Shown here one piece after another: positions 46,601 through 61,600 of a stretch of 64,000 nt of DNA. The stretch is from Nemertoderma westbladi (Eukaryota > Animalia > Xenacoelomorpha), in contig JAUCBJ010008744.1 of assembly GCA_032718475.1 (NCBI GenBank), positions 62,001-126,000 on the forward strand, read 5' to 3'. The position numbers and the translations under genes are program-made. Each line of letters begins with the position of its first letter. The first letter of the stretch is position 1. The notes beneath the pieces are model-generated. The model saw nothing but the letters and a program-made list of their open reading frames with translations, made no database searches and had not been told where the DNA came from.

Positions 46601-49600
46601 GTGTCTATGTGAAGTCGTTACCAGTGTCTATGTGAAGTCGTTACCAGTGTCTATGTGAAGTCGTTACCAGTGTCTATGTGAAGTCGTTACCAGTGTCTAT
46701 GTGAAGTCGTTACCAGTGTCTATGTGAAGTCGTTACCAGTGTCTATGTGAAGACATTCCCAGTGTCTATGTGAAGACGTTCCCAGTGTCTATGTGAAGTC
46801 GTTACCAGTGTCTATGTGAAGACATTCCCAGTGTCTATGTGAAGACGTTCCCAGTGTCTATGTGAAGACGTTCCCAGTGTCTATGTGAAGACATTCCCAG
46901 TGTCTATGTGAAGTCGTTCCCAGTGTCTATGTGAAGACATTCCCAGTGTCTATGTGAAGACGTTCCCAGTGTCTATGTGAAGACGTTCCCAGTGTCTATG
47001 TGAAGACATTCCCAGTGTCTATGTGAAGACGTTCCCAGTGTCTATGTGAAGACGTTTCCAGTGTCTATATGAAGACGTTCATGGTGTCTATGTGAAGACG
47101 TTCCCAGTGTCTATGTGAAGACGTTCATGGTGTCTATGTGAAGACGTTCCCAGTGTCTATGTGAAGACGTTCATGGTGTCTATGTGAAGACGTTCCCAGT
47201 GTCTATGTGAAGTCGTTCCCAGTGTCTATGTGAAGACATTCCCAGTGTCTATGTGAAGTCGTTCCCAGTGTCTATGTGAAGACATTCCCAGTGTCTATGT
47301 GAAGACGTTCCCAGTGTCTATGTGAAGACGTTCCCAGTGTCTATGTGAAGACGTTCCCAGTGTCTATGTGAAGACGTTCCCAGTGTCTATGTGAAGACGT
47401 TCATGGTGTCTATGTGAAGACGTTCCCAGTGTCTATGTGAAGACGTTCATGGTGTCTATGTGAAGACGTTCCCAGTGTCTATGTGAAGACGTTCATGGTG
47501 TCTATGTGAAGACGTTCCCAGTGTCTATGTGAAGTCGTTCCCAGTGTCTATGTGAAGACATTCCCAGTGTCTATGTGAAGTCGTTCCCAGTGTCTATGTG
47601 AAGACATTCCCAGTGTCTATGTGAAGACGTTCCCAGTGTCTATGTGAAGACGTTCCCAGTGTCTATGTGAAGACGTTCCCAGTGTCTATGTGAAGTCGTT
47701 CCCAGTGTCTATGTGAAGACATTCCCAGTGTCTATGTGAAGTCGTTCCCAGTGTCTATGTGAAGTCGTTCCCAGTGTCTATGTGAAGACATTCCCAGTGT
47801 CTATGTGAAGACGTTCCCAGTGTCTATGTGAAGACGTTTCCAGTGTCTATATGAAGACGTTCATGGTGTCTATGTGAAGACGTTCCCAGTGTCTATGTGA
47901 AGACGTTCCCAGTGTCTATGTGAAGACATTCCCAGTGTCTATGTGAAGACGTTCCCAGTGTCTATGTGAAGACGTTCCCAGTGTCTATGTGAAGTCGTTC
48001 CCAGTGTCTATGTGAAGACATTCCCAGTGTCTATGTGAAGACATTCCCAGTGTCTATGTGAAGACGTTCCCAGTGTCTATGTGAAGACGTTCCCAGTGTC
48101 TATGTGAAGACATTCCCAGTGTCTATGTGAAGACGTTCCCAGTGTCTATGTGAAGACGTTTCCAGTGTCTATATGAAGACGTTCATGGTGTCTATGTGAA
48201 GACGTTCCCAGTGTCTATGTGAAGACGTTCCCAGTGTCTATGTGAAGACATTCCCAGTGTCTATGTGAAGACGTTCCCAGTGTCTATGTGAAGACGTTCC
48301 CAGTGTCTATGTGAAGTCGTTCCCAGTGTCTATGTGAAGACATTCCCAGTGTCTATGTGAAGACATTCCCAGTGTCTATGTGAAGTCGTTCCCAGTGTCT
48401 ATGTGAAGACGTTCCCAGTGTCTATGTGAAGACATTCCCAGTGTCTATGTGAAGACGTTCCCAGTGTCTATGTGAAGACATTCCCAGTGTCTATGTGAAG
48501 TCGTTCCCAGTGTCTATGTGAAGACATTCCCAGTGTCTATGTGAAGACGTTCCCAGTGTCTATGTGAAGACGTTCCCAGTGTCTATGTGAAGACATTCCC
48601 AGTGTCTATGTGAAGACGTTCCCAGTGTCTATGTGAAGACATTCCCAGTGTCTATGTGAAGTCGTTCCCAGTGTCTATGTGAAGACATTCCCAGTGTCTA
48701 TGTGAAGACGTTCCCAGTGTCTATGTGAAGACGTTCCCAGTGTCTATGTGAAGACATTCCCAGTGTCTATGTGAAGACGTTCCCAGTGTCTATGTGAAGA
48801 CATTCCCAGTGTCTATGTGAAGTCGTTCCCAGTGTCTATGTGAAGACATTCCCAGTGTCTATGTGAAGATGTTCCCAGTGTCTATGTGAAGACGTTCCCA
48901 GTGTCTATGTGAAGACATTCCCAGTGTCTATGTGAAGACGTTCCCAGTGTCTATGTGAAGACGTTTCCAGTGTCTATATGAAGACGTTCATGGTGTCTAT
49001 GTGAAGTCGTTCCCAGTGTCTATGTGAAGACATTCCCAGTGTCTATGTGAAGACGTTCCCAGTGTCTATGTGAAGACATTCCCAGTGTCTATGTGAAGTC
49101 GTTCCCAGTGTCTATGTGAAGACATTCCCAGTGTCTATGTGAAGACGTTCCCAGTGTCTATGTGAAGACGTTCCCAGTGTCTATGTGAAGACATTCCCAG
49201 TGTCAATGTGAAGACGTTCCCAGTGTCTATGTGAAGACGTTTCCAGTGTCTATATGAAGACGTTCATGGTGTCTATGTGAAGACGTTCCCAGTGTCTATG
49301 TGAAGACGTTCATGGTGTCTATGTGAAGACGTTCCCAGTGTCTATGTGAAGACGTTCATGGTGTCTATGTGAAGACGTTCCCAGTGTCTATGTGAAGTCG
49401 TTCCCAGTGTCTATGTGAAGACATTCCCAGTGTCTATGTGAAGTCGTTCCCAGTGTCTATGTGAAGACATTCCCAGTGTCTATGTGAAGACGTTCCCAGT
49501 GTCTATGTGAAGACGTTCCCAGTGTCTATGTGAAGACGTTCCCAGTGTCTATGTGAAGACGTTCCCAGTGTCTATGTGAAGACGTTCATGGTGTCTATGT

Positions 49601-52600
49601 GAAGACGTTCCCAGTGTCTATGTGAAGACGTTCATGGTGTCTATGTGAAGACGTTCCCAGTGTCTATGTGAAGACGTTCCATGGTGTCTATGTGAAGACG
49701 TTCCCAGTGTCTATGTGAAGTCGTTCCCAGTGTCTATGTGAAGACATTCCCAGTGTCTATGTGAAGTCGTTCCCAGTGTCTATGTGAAGACATTCCCAGT
49801 GTCTATGTGAAGACGTTCCCAGTGTCTATGTGAAGACGTTCCCAGTGTCTATGTGAAGACGTTCCCAGTGTCTATGTGAAGACGTTCCCAGTGTCTATGT
49901 GAAGACGTTCATGGTGTCTATGTGAAGACATTCCCAGTGTCTATGTGAAGACGTTCCCAGTGTCTATGTGAAGACATTCCCAGTGTCTATGTGAAGTCGT
50001 TCCCAGTGTCTATGTGAAGACATTCCCAGTGTCTATGTGAAGACGTTCCCAGTGTCTATGTGAAGACGTTCCCAGTGTCTATGTGAAGACATTCCCAGTG
50101 TCTATGTGAAGACGTTCCCAGTGTCTATGTGAAGACATTCCCAGTGTCTATGTGAAGTCGTTCCCAGTGTCTATGTGAAGACATTCCCAGTGTCTATGTG
50201 AAGACGTTCCCAGTGTCTATGTGAAGACGTTCCCAGTGTCTATGTGAAGACATTCCCAGTGTCTATGTGAAGACGTTCCCAGTGTCTATGTGAAGACATT
50301 CCCAGTGTCTATGTGAAGTCGTTCCCAGTGTCTATGTGAAGACATTCCCAGTGTCTATGTGAAGATGTTCCCAGTGTCTATGTGAAGACGTTCCCAGTGT
50401 CTATGTGAAGACATTCCCAGTGTCTATGTGAAGACGTTCCCAGTGTCTATGTGAAGACGTTTCCAGTGTCTATATGAAGACGTTCATGGTGTCTATGTGA
50501 AGTCGTTCCCAGTGTCTATGTGAAGACATTCCCAGTGTCTATGTGAAGACGTTCCCAGTGTCTATGTGAAGACATTCCCAGTGTCTATGTGAAGTCGTTC
50601 CCAGTGTCTATGTGAAGACATTCCCAGTGTCTATGTGAAGACGTTCCCAGTGTCTATGTGAAGACGTTCCCAGTGTCTATGTGAAGACATTCCCAGTGTC
50701 TATGTGAAGACGTTCCCAGTGTCTATGTGAAGACGTTTCCAGTGTCTATATGAAGACGTTCATGGTGTCTATGTGAAGACGTTCCCAGTGTCTATGTGAA
50801 GACGTTCATGGTGTCTATGTGAAGACGTTCCCAGTGTCTATGTGAAGACGTTCATGGTGTCTATGTGAAGACGTTCCCAGTGTCTATGTGAAGTCGTTCC
50901 CAGTGTCTATGTGAAGACATTCCCAGTGTCTATGTGAAGTCGTTCCCAGTGTCTATGTGAAGACATTCCCAGTGTCTATGTGAAGACGTTCCCAGTGTCT
51001 ATGTGAAGACGTTCCCAGTGTCTATGTGAAGACGTTCCCAGTGTCTATGTGAAGACGTTCCCAGTGTCTATGTGAAGACGTTCATGGTGTCTATGTGAAG
51101 ACGTTCCCAGTGTCTATGTGAAGACGTTCATGGTGTCTATGTGAAGACGTTCCCAGTGTCTATGTGAAGACGTTCATGGTGTCTATGTGAAGACGTTCCC
51201 AGTGTCTATGTGAAGTCGTTCCCAGTGTCTATGTGAAGACATTCCCAGTGTCTATGTGAAGTCGTTCCCAGTGTCTATGTGAAGACATTCCCAGTGTCTA
51301 TGTGAAGACGTTCCCAGTGTCTATGTGAAGACGTTCCCAGTGTCTATGTGAAGACGTTCCCAGTGTCTATGTGAAGACGTTCCCAGTGTCTATGTGAAGA
51401 CGTTCATGGTGTCTATGTGAAGACGTTCCCAGTGTCTATGTGAAGACATTCCCAGTGTCTATGTGAAGACGTTCCAAGTGTCTATGTGAAGACGTTCCCA
51501 GTGTCTATGTGAAGACGTTCCCAGTGTCTATGTGAAGACGTTCCCAGTGTCTATGTGAAGACGTTCATGGTGTCTATGTGAAGACGTTTCCAGTGTCTAT
51601 ATGAAGACGTTTCCAGTGTCTATGTGAAGACATTCCCAGTGTCTATGTGAAGTCGTTCCCAGTGTCTATGTGAAGACATTCCCAGTGTCTATGTGAAGAC
51701 GTTCCCAGTGTCTATGTGAAGACGTTCCCAGTGTCTATGTGAAGACGTTCATGGTGTCTATGTGAAGACGTTCCCAGTGTCTATGTGAAGTCGTTCCCAG
51801 TGTCTATGTGAAGACGTTCCCAGTGTCTATGTGAAGACGTTACCAGTGTCTATGTGAAGACATTCCCAGTGTCTATGTGAAGACGTTCCCAGTGTCTATG
51901 TGAAGACGTTCCCAGTGTCTATGTGAAGACATTCCCAGTGTCTATGTGAAGACGTTCCCAGTGTCTATGTGAAGACATTCCCAGTGTCTATGTGAAGATG
52001 TTCCAAGTGTCTATGTGAAGACGTTCCCAGTGTCTATGTGAAGACGTTCATGGTGTCTATGTGAAGACGTTTCCAGTGTCTATATGAAGACGTTTCCAGT
52101 GTCTATGTGAAGACATTCCCAGTGTCTATGTGAAGTCGTTCCCAGTGTCTATATGAAGACATTCCCAGTGTCTATGTGAAGACGTTCCCAGTGTCTATGT
52201 GAAGACGTTCCCAGTGTCTATGTGAAGACATTCCCAGTGTCTATGTGAAGACGTTCCCAGTGTCTATGTGAAGACATTCCCAGTGTCTATGTGAAGATGT
52301 TCCAAGTGTCTATGTGAAGACATTCCCAGTGTCTATGTGAAGACGTTCCCAGTGTCTATGTGAAGACATTCCCAGTGTCTATGTGAAGATGTTCCAAGTG
52401 TCTATGTGAAGACGTTCCCAGTGTCTATGTGAAGTCGTTCCCAGTATCTATGTGAAGTCGTTCCTAGTGTCTATGTGAAGACGTTCCAAGTGTCTATGTG
52501 AAGACGTTCCCAGTGTCTATGTGAAGACGTTCCCAGTGTCTATGTGAAGACGTTCCCAGTGTCTATGTGAAGACGTTCATGGTGTCTATGTGAAGTCGTT

Positions 52601-55600
52601 CCCAGTGTCTATGTGAAGACGTTCATGGTGTCTATGTGAAGACGTTTCCAGTGTCTATATGAAGACGTTTCCAGTGTCTATGTGAAGACATTCCCAGTGT
52701 CTATGTGAAGACGTTCCCAGTGTCTATGTGAAGACGTTCATGGTGTCTATGTGAAGTCGTTCCCAGTGTCTATGTGAAGACGTTCATGGTGTCTATGTGA
52801 AGACGTTTCCAGTGTCTATATGAAGACGTTTCCAGTGTCTATGTGAAGACATTCCCAGTGTCTATGTGAAGACGTTCCCAGTGTCTATGTGAAGACGTTC
52901 ATGGTGTCTATGTGAAGACGTTCATGGTGTCTATGTGAAGACGTTCCCAGTGTCTATGTGAAGACGTTCCCAGTGTCTATGTGAAGACATTCCCAGTGTC
53001 TATGTGAAGACGTTCCCAGTGTCTATGTGAAGACATTCCCAGTGTCTATGTGAAGATGTTCCAAGTGTCTATGTGAAGACGTTCCCAGTGTCTATGTGAA
53101 GTCGTTCCCAGTATCTATGTGAAGTCGTTCCTAGTGTCTATGTGAAGACGTTCCAAGTGTCTATGTGAAGACGTTCCCAGTGTCTATGTGAAGACGTTCC
53201 CAGTGTCTATGTGAAGACGTTCCCAGTGTCTATGTGAAGACGTTCATGGTGTCTATGTGAAGTCGTTCCCAGTGTCTATGTGAAGACGTTCATGGTGTCT
53301 ATGTGAAGACGTTTCCAGTGTCTATATGAAGACGTTTCCAGTGTCTATGTGAAGACATTCCCAGTGTCTATGTGAAGACGTTCCCAGTGTCTATGTGAAG
53401 ACGTTCATGGTGTCTATGTGAAGTCGTTCCCAGTGTCTATGTGAAGACGTTCATGGTGTCTATGTGAAGTCGTTCCCAGTGTCTATGTGAAGACGTTCAT
53501 GGTGTCTATGTGAAGACGTTCCCAGTGTCTATGTGAAGACGTTCATGGTGTCTATGTGAAGACGTTACCAGTGTCTATGTGAAGACGTTCCAAGTGGCTA
53601 TGTGAAGACGTTCCCATTGTATATGTGAAGACGTTCCCATTGTCTAAGTGAAGACGTTCCCAGTGTCTATGTGAAGTCGTTCCCAGTGTCTATGTGAAGT
53701 CGTTCCCAGTGTCTATGTGAAGACGTTCCCAGTGTCTATGTGAAGACGTTCCCAGTGTCTATGTGAAGACGTTCCCAGTGTCTATGTGAAGACGTTACCA
53801 GTGTCTATGTGAAGACGTTCCCAGTGGCTATGTGAAGACGTTCCCATTGTATATGTGAAGACGTTCCCAGTGTCTATGTGAAGACGTTCCCAGTGTCTAT
53901 GTGAAGACATTCCCAGTGTCTATGTAAAGACGTTACCAGTGTCTATGTGAAGACGTTCCCAGTGTCTATGTGAAGACATTCCCAGTGTCTATGTGAAGAC
54001 GTTACCAGTGTCTATGTGAAGACGTTCCCAGTGTCTATGTGAAGACGTTCCCAGTGTCTATGTGAAGACGTTCCCAGTGTCTATGTGAAGACGTTCCCAG
54101 TGTCTATGTGAAGACATTCCCAGTGTCTATGTGAAGACGTTACCAGTGTCTATGTGAAGACGTTCCCAGTGTCTATGTGAAGACGTTCCCAGTGTCTATG
54201 TGAAGACGTTCCCAGTGTCTATGTGAAGACGTTCCAAGTGTCTATGTGAAGACGTTCCCAGTGTCTATGTGAAGACATTACCAGTGTCAATGTGAAGACG
54301 TTCCCAGTGTCTATGTGAAGACGTTCCAAGTGTCTATGTGAAGACGTTCCCAGTGTCTATGTGAAGACGTTCCCAATGTCTATGTGAAGACGTTCCTAGT
54401 GTCTATGTGAAGACGTTTCCAGTGTCTATGTGAAGACGTTCCCAGTGTCTATGTGAAGACGTTCCAAGTGTCTATGTGAAGACGTTCCCAGTGTCTATGT
54501 GAAGACGTTCCCAATGTCTATGTGAAGACGTTCCAAGTGTCTATGTGAAGACGTTCCCAGTGTCTATGTGAAGACGTTCCCAGTGTCTATGTGAAGACGT
54601 TCCCAGTGTCTATGTGAAGACGTTACCAGTGTCTATGTGAAGACGTTCCCAGTGGCTATGTGAAGACGTTCCCATTGTCTATGTGAAGACGTTCCCAGTG
54701 TCTATGTGAAGACGTTCCCAGTGTCTATGTGAAGACGTTCCCAGTGTCTATGTGAAGACGTTACCAGTGTCTATGTGAAGACGTTCCCAGTGTCTATGTG
54801 AAGACGTTCCCAGTGTCTATGTGAAGACGTTCCCAGTGTCTATGTGAAGACGTTCTCAGTGTCTATGTGAAGACGTTCCCAGTGTCTATGTGAAGACGTT
54901 CCCAGTGTCTATGTGAAGACGTTCCCAGTGTCTATGTGAAGACGTTCCCAGTGTCTATGTGAAGACGTTCCCAGTGTCAATGTGAAGACGTTCCCAGTGT
55001 CTATGTGAAGACGTTCCCAGTGTCTATGTGAAGACGTTCCCAGTGTCTATGTGAAGACGTTCCCAATGTCTATGTGAAGACGTTCCAGTGTCTATGTGAA
55101 GACGTTCCCAGTGTCTATGTGAAGACGTTCCCAGTGTCTATGTGAAGACGTTCCCAGTGTCTATGTGAAGACGTTCCCAGTGTCTATGTGAAGACGTTCC
55201 CAGTGTCTATGTGAAGACGTTCCCAGTGTCTATGTGAAGACGTTCCCAGTGTCTATGTGAAGACGTTCCCAGTGTCTATGTGAAGACGTTCCCAGTGTCT
55301 ATGTGAAGACGTTCCCAGTGTCTATGTGAAGACGTTCCCAGTGTCTATGTGAAGACGTTCATGGTGTCTATGTGAAGACGTTCCCAGTGTCTATGTGAAG
55401 ACGTTCAGTGTCTATGTGAAGACGTTCCAGTGTCTATGTGAAGACGTTCCCAGTGTCTATGTGAAGACGTTCCCAGTGTCTATGTGAAGACGTTCCCAGT
55501 GTCTATGTGAAGACGTTCCAGTGTCTATGTGAAGACGTTCCCAGTGTCTATGTGAAGACGTTCCCAGTGTCTATGTGAAGACGTTCCCAGTGTCTATGTG

Positions 55601-58600
55601 AAGACGTTCCCAGTGTCTATGTGAAGACGTTCATGGTGTCTATGTGAAGTCGTTCCCAGTGTCTATGTGAAGACGTTCCCAGTGTCTATGTGAAGACGTT
55701 CCCAGTGTCTATGTGAAGACGTTCCCAGTGTCTATGTGAAGACGTTCCCAGTGTCTATGTGAAGACGTTCCCATGTCATGTGAAGTCGTTCCCAGTGTCT
55801 ATGTGAAGACGTTCCCATTGTCAATGTGAAGACGTTCCCAGTGTCTATGTGAAGACGTTCCCAGTGTCTATGTGAAGACGTTCCCAGTGTCTATGTGAAG
55901 ACGTTCCCAGTGTCTATGTGAAGACGTTCCCAGTGTCTATGTGAAGACGTTCCCAGTGTCTATGTGAAGACGTTCCCAGTGTCTATGTGAAGACGTTCCC
56001 AGTGTCTATGTGAAGACGTTCCCAGTGTCTATGTGAAGTCGTTCCCAGTGTCTATGTGAAGACGTTCCCAGTGTCTATGTGAAGACGTTCCCAGTGTCTA
56101 TGTGAAGACGTTCCAGTGTCTATGTGAAGACGTTCCCAGTGTCTATGTGAAGACGTTCCCATGTGTCTATGTGAAGACGTTCCCAGTGTCTATGTGAAGA
56201 CGTTTCCAGTGTCTATGTGAAGACATTCCCAGTGTCTATGTGAAGACGTTCCCAGTGTCTATGTGAAGACGTTCCCAGTGTCTATGTGAAGTCGTTCCCA
56301 GTGTCTATGTGAAGACGTTCCCAGTGTCTATGTGAAGACGTTCATGGTGTCTATGTGAAGTCGTTCCCAGTGTCTATGTGAAGACGTTCCAGTGTCTATG
56401 TGAAGACGTTCCCAGTGTCTATGTGAAGACGTTCCCAGTGTCTATGTGAAGACGTTCCCAGTGTCTATGTGAAGACGTTCCCAGTGTCTATGTGAAGACG
56501 TTCCCAGTGTCTATGTGAAGACGTTCCCAGTGTCTATGTGAAGACGTTCCCAGTGTCTATGTGAAGACGTTCCCAGTGTCTATGTGAAGACGTTCCCAGT
56601 GTCTATGTGAAGTCGTTCCCAGTGTCTATGTGAAGATGTTCCAAGTGTCTATGTGAAGACGTTCCCAGTGTCTATGTGAAGACGTTCCCAGTGTCTATGT
56701 GAAGACGTTCCAAGTGTCTATGTGAAGACGTTCCCAGTGTCTATGTGAAGACATTCCCAGTGTCTATGTGAAGACGTTCCCAGTGTCTATGTGAAGACGT
56801 TCCCAGTGTCTATGTGAAGACGTTCCCAGTGTCTATGTGAAGACATTCCCAGTGTCTATGTGAAGACGTTCCCAGTGTCTATGTGAAGACGTTCCCAGTG
56901 TCTATGTGAAGACATTCCCAGTGTCTATGTGAAGACGTTCCCAGTGTCTATGTGAAGACGTTCCCAGTATCTATGTGAAGTCGTTCCTAGTGTCTATGTG
57001 AAGACGTTCCAAGTGTCTATGTGAAGACGTTCCCAGTGTCTATGTGAAGACGTTCCCAGTGTCTATGTGAAGACATTCCCAGTGTCTATGTGAAGACGTT
57101 CCCAGTGTCTATGTGAAGACGTTCCCAGTGTCTATGTGAAGACGTTCCCAGTGTCTATGTGAAGACATTCCCAGTGTCTATGTGAAGACGTTCCCAGTGT
57201 CTATGTGAAGACGTTCCCAGTGTCTATGTGAAGACATTCCCAGTGTCTATGTGAAGACGTTCCAAGTGTCTATGTGAAGACGTTCCCAGTATCTATGTGA
57301 AGTCGTTCCTAGTGTCTATGTGAAGACGTTCCAAGTGTCTATGTGAAGACGTTCCCAGTGTCTATGTGAAGACGTTCCCAGTGTCTATGTGAAGACGTTC
57401 CCAGTGTCTATGTGAAGACGTTCCCAGTGTCTATGTGAAGACGTTCATGGTGTCTATGTGAAGTCGTTCCCAGTGTCTATGTGAAGACGTTCATGGTGTC
57501 TATGTGAAGACGTTTCCAGTGTCTATATGAAGACGTTTCCAGTGTCTATGTGAAGACGTTCCCAGTGTCTATGTGAAGTCGTTCCCAGTGTCTATGTGAA
57601 GACGTTCATGGTGTCTATGTGAAGACATTCCCAGTGTCTATGTGAAGACGTTCCCAGTGTCTATGTGAAGACGTTCCCAGTGTCTATGTGAAGACGTTCC
57701 CAGTGTCTATGTGAAGACGTTCCCAGTGTCTATGTGAAGACGTTCCCAGTGTCTATGTGAAGACGTTCCCAGTGTCTATGTGAAGACGTTCATGGTGTCT
57801 ATGTGAAGTCGTTCCCAGTGTCTATGTGAAGACGTTCATGGTGTCTATGTGAAGACGTTTCCAGTGTCTATATGAAGACGTTTCCAGTGTCTATGTGAAG
57901 ACGTTCCCAGTGTCTATGTGAAGACATTCCCAGTGTCTATGTGAAGACGTTCCCAGTGTCTATGTGAAGACGTTCCCAGTGTCTATGTGAAGACGTTCCC
58001 AGTGTCTATGTGAAGACATTCCCAGTGTCTATGTGAAGACGTTCCCAGTGTCTATGTGAAGACGTCCCCAGTGTCTATGTGAAGACATTCCCAGTGTCTA
58101 TGTGAAGATGTTCCAAGTGTCTATGTGAAGACGTTCCCAGTATCTATGTGAAGTCGTTCCTAGTGTCTATGTGAAGACGTTCCAAGTGTCTATGTGAAGA
58201 CGTTCCCAGTGTCTATGTGAAGACGTTCCCAGTGTCTATGTGAAGACATTCCCAGTGTCTATGTGAAGACGTTCCCAGTGTCTATGTGAAGACGTTCCCA
58301 GTGTCTATGTGAAGACGTTCCCAGTGTCTATGTGAAGACATTCCCAGTGTCTATGTGAAGACGTTCCCAGTGTCTATGTGAAGACGTTCCCAGTGTCTAT
58401 GTGAAGACATTCCCAGTGTCTATGTGAAGATGTTCCAAGTGTCTATGTGAAGACGTTCCCAGTATCTATGTGAAGTCGTTCCTAGTGTCTATGTGAAGAC
58501 GTTCCAAGTGTCTATGTGAAGACGTTCCCAGTGTCTATGTGAAGACGTTCCCAGTGTCTATGTGAAGACGTTCCCAGTGTCTATGTGAAGACGTTCCCAG

Positions 58601-61600
58601 TGTCTATGTGAAGACGTTCATGGTGTCTATGTGAAGTCGTTCCCAGTGTCTATGTGAAGACGTTCATGGTGTCTATGTGAAGACGTTTCCAGTGTCTATA
58701 TGAAGACGTTTCCAGTGTCTATGTGAAGACGTTCCCAGTGTCTATGTGAAGTCGTTCCCAGTGTCTATGTGAAGACGTTCATGGTGTCTATGTGAAGACA
58801 TTCCCAGTGTCTATGTGAAGACGTTCCCAGTGTCTATGTGAAGACGTTCGCAGTGTCTATGTGAAGACGTTCCCAGTGTCTATGTGAAGACGTTCCCAGT
58901 GTCTATGTGAAGACGTTCCCAGTGTCTATGTGAAGACGTTCCCAGTGTCTATGTGAAGACGTTCCCAGTGTCTATGTGAAGACGTTCATGGTGTCTATGT
59001 GAAGTCGTTCCCAGTGTCTATGTGAAGACGTTCATGGTGTCTATGTGAAGACGTTCCCAGTGTCTATGTGAAGACGTTCATGGTGTCTATGTGAAGTCGT
59101 TCCCAGTGTCTATGTGAAGACGTTCATGGTGTCTATGTGAAGACGTTTCCAGTGTCTATATGAAGACGTTTCCAGTGTCTATGTGAAGACGTTCCCAGTG
59201 TCTATGTGAAGTCGTTCCCAGTGTCTATGTGAAGACGTTCATGGTGTCTATGTGAAGACATTCCCAGTGTCTATGTGAAGACGTTTCCAGTGTCTATGTG
59301 AAGACGTTCCAAGTGTCTATGTGAAGACATTCCCAGTGTCTATGTGAAGTCGTTCCCAGTGTCTATGTGAAGACGTTCATGGTGTCTATGTGAAGACGTT
59401 TCCAGTGTCTATATGAAGACGTTTCCAGTGTCTATGTGAAGACGTTCCCAGTGTCTATGTGAAGACGTTCCCAGTGTCTATGTGAAGTCGTTCCCAGTGT
59501 CTATGTGAAGACGTTCATGGTGTCTATGTGAAGACGTTTCCAGTGTCTATATGAAGGCGTTTCCAGTGTCTATGTGAAGACGTTCCCAGTGTCTATGTGA
59601 AGTCGTTCCCAGTGTCTATGTGAAGACGTTCATGGTGTCTATGTGAAGACGTTTCCAGTGTCTATATGAAGACGTTTCCAGTGTCTATGTGAAGACGTTC
59701 CCAGTGTCTATGTGAAGTCGTTCCCAGTGTCTATGTGAAGACGTTCATGGTGTCTATGTGAAGACATTCCCAGTGTCTATGTGAAGACGTTCCCAGTATC
59801 TATGTGAAGACGTTCCCAGTGTCTATGTGAAGACATTCCCAGTGTCTATGTGAAGTCGTTCCCAGTGTCTATGTGAAGACGTTCATGGTGTCTATGTGAA
59901 GACATTCCCAGTGTCTATGTGAAGACGTTCCCAGTATCTATGTGAAGACGTTCCCAGTGTCTATGTGAAGACATTCCCAGTGTCTATGTGAAGTCGTTCC
60001 CAGTGTCTATGTGAAGACGTTCATGGTGTCTATGTGAAGACGTTTCCAGTGTCTATATGAAGACGTTTCCAGTGTCTATGTGAAGACGTTCCAAGTGTCT
60101 ATGTGAAGACATTCCCAGTGTCTATGTGAAGTCGTTCCCAGTGTCTATGTGAAGACGTTCATGGTGTCTATGTGAAGACGTTTCCAGTGTCTATATGAAG
60201 ACGTTTCCAGTGTCTATGTGAAGACGTTCCCAGTGTCTATGTGAAGTCGTTCCCAGTGTCTATGTGAAGACGTTCATGGTGTCTATGTGAAGACATTCCC
60301 AGTGTCTATGTGAAGACGTTCCCAGTATCTATGTGAAGACGTTCCCAGTGTCTATGTGAAGACGTTCCCAGTGTCTATGTGAAGACGTTCCAAGTGTCTA
60401 TGTGAAGACATTCCCAGTGTCTATGTGAAGTCGTTCCCAGTGTCTATGTGAAGACGTTCATGGTGTCTATGTGAAGACATTCCCAGTGTCTATGTGAAGA
60501 CGTTTCCAGTGTCTATGTGAAGACATTCCCAGTGTCTATGTGAAGTCGTTCCCAGTGTCTATGTGAAGTCGTTCCCAGTGTCTATGTGAAGACGTTCATG
60601 GTGTCTATGTGAAGACGTTTCCAGTGTCTATGTGAAGACGTTCCCAGTGTCTATGTGAAGACGTTCATGGTGTCTATGTGAAGTCGTTCCCAGTGTCTAT
60701 GTGAAGACGTTCATGGTGTCTATGTGAAGTCGTTCCCAGTGTCTATGTGAAGACGTTCATGGTGTCTATGTGAAGACGTTCCCAGTGTCTATGTGAAGAC
60801 GTTCATGGTGTCTATGTGAAGACGTTACCAGTGTCTATGTGAAGACGTTCCAAGTGGCTATGTGAAGACGTTCCCATTGTATATGTGAAGACGTTCCCAT
60901 TGTCTAAGTGAAGACGTTCCCAGTGTCTATGTGAAGTCGTTCCCAGTGTCTATGTGAAGTCGTTCCCAGTGTCTATGTGAAGTCGTTACCAGTGTCTATG
61001 TGAAGACGTTCCCAGTGTCTATGTGAAGACGTTCCCAGTGTCTATGTGAAGTCGTTACCAGTGTCTATGTGAAGACGTTCCCAGTGTGTATGTGAAGACG
61101 TTCCCAGTGTCTATGTGAAGACATTCCCAGTGTCTATGTGAAGACGTTACCAGTGTCTATGTGAAGACGTTCCCAGTGTCTATGTGAAGACGTTCCCAGT
61201 GTCTATGTGAAGACGTTCCCAGTGTCTATGTGAAGTCGTTACCAGTGTCTATGTGAAGTCGTTACCAGTGTCTATGTGAAGACGTTCCCAGTGTCTATGT
61301 GAAGACATTCCCAGTGTCTATGTGAAGACGTTCCCAGTGTCTATGTGAAGACGTTCCCAGTGTCTATGTGAAGACGTTCCCAGTGTCTATGTGAAGACGT
61401 TACCAGTGTCTATGTGAAGACGTTCCCAGTGGCTATGTGAAGACGTTCCCATTGTATATGTGAAGACGTTCCCAGTGTCTATGTGAAGACGTTCCCAGTG
61501 TCTATGTGAAGACGTTCCCAGTATCTATGTGAAGTCGTTACCAGTGTCTATGTGAAGACGTTCCCAGTGTCTATGTGAAGACATTCCCAGTGTCTATGGG

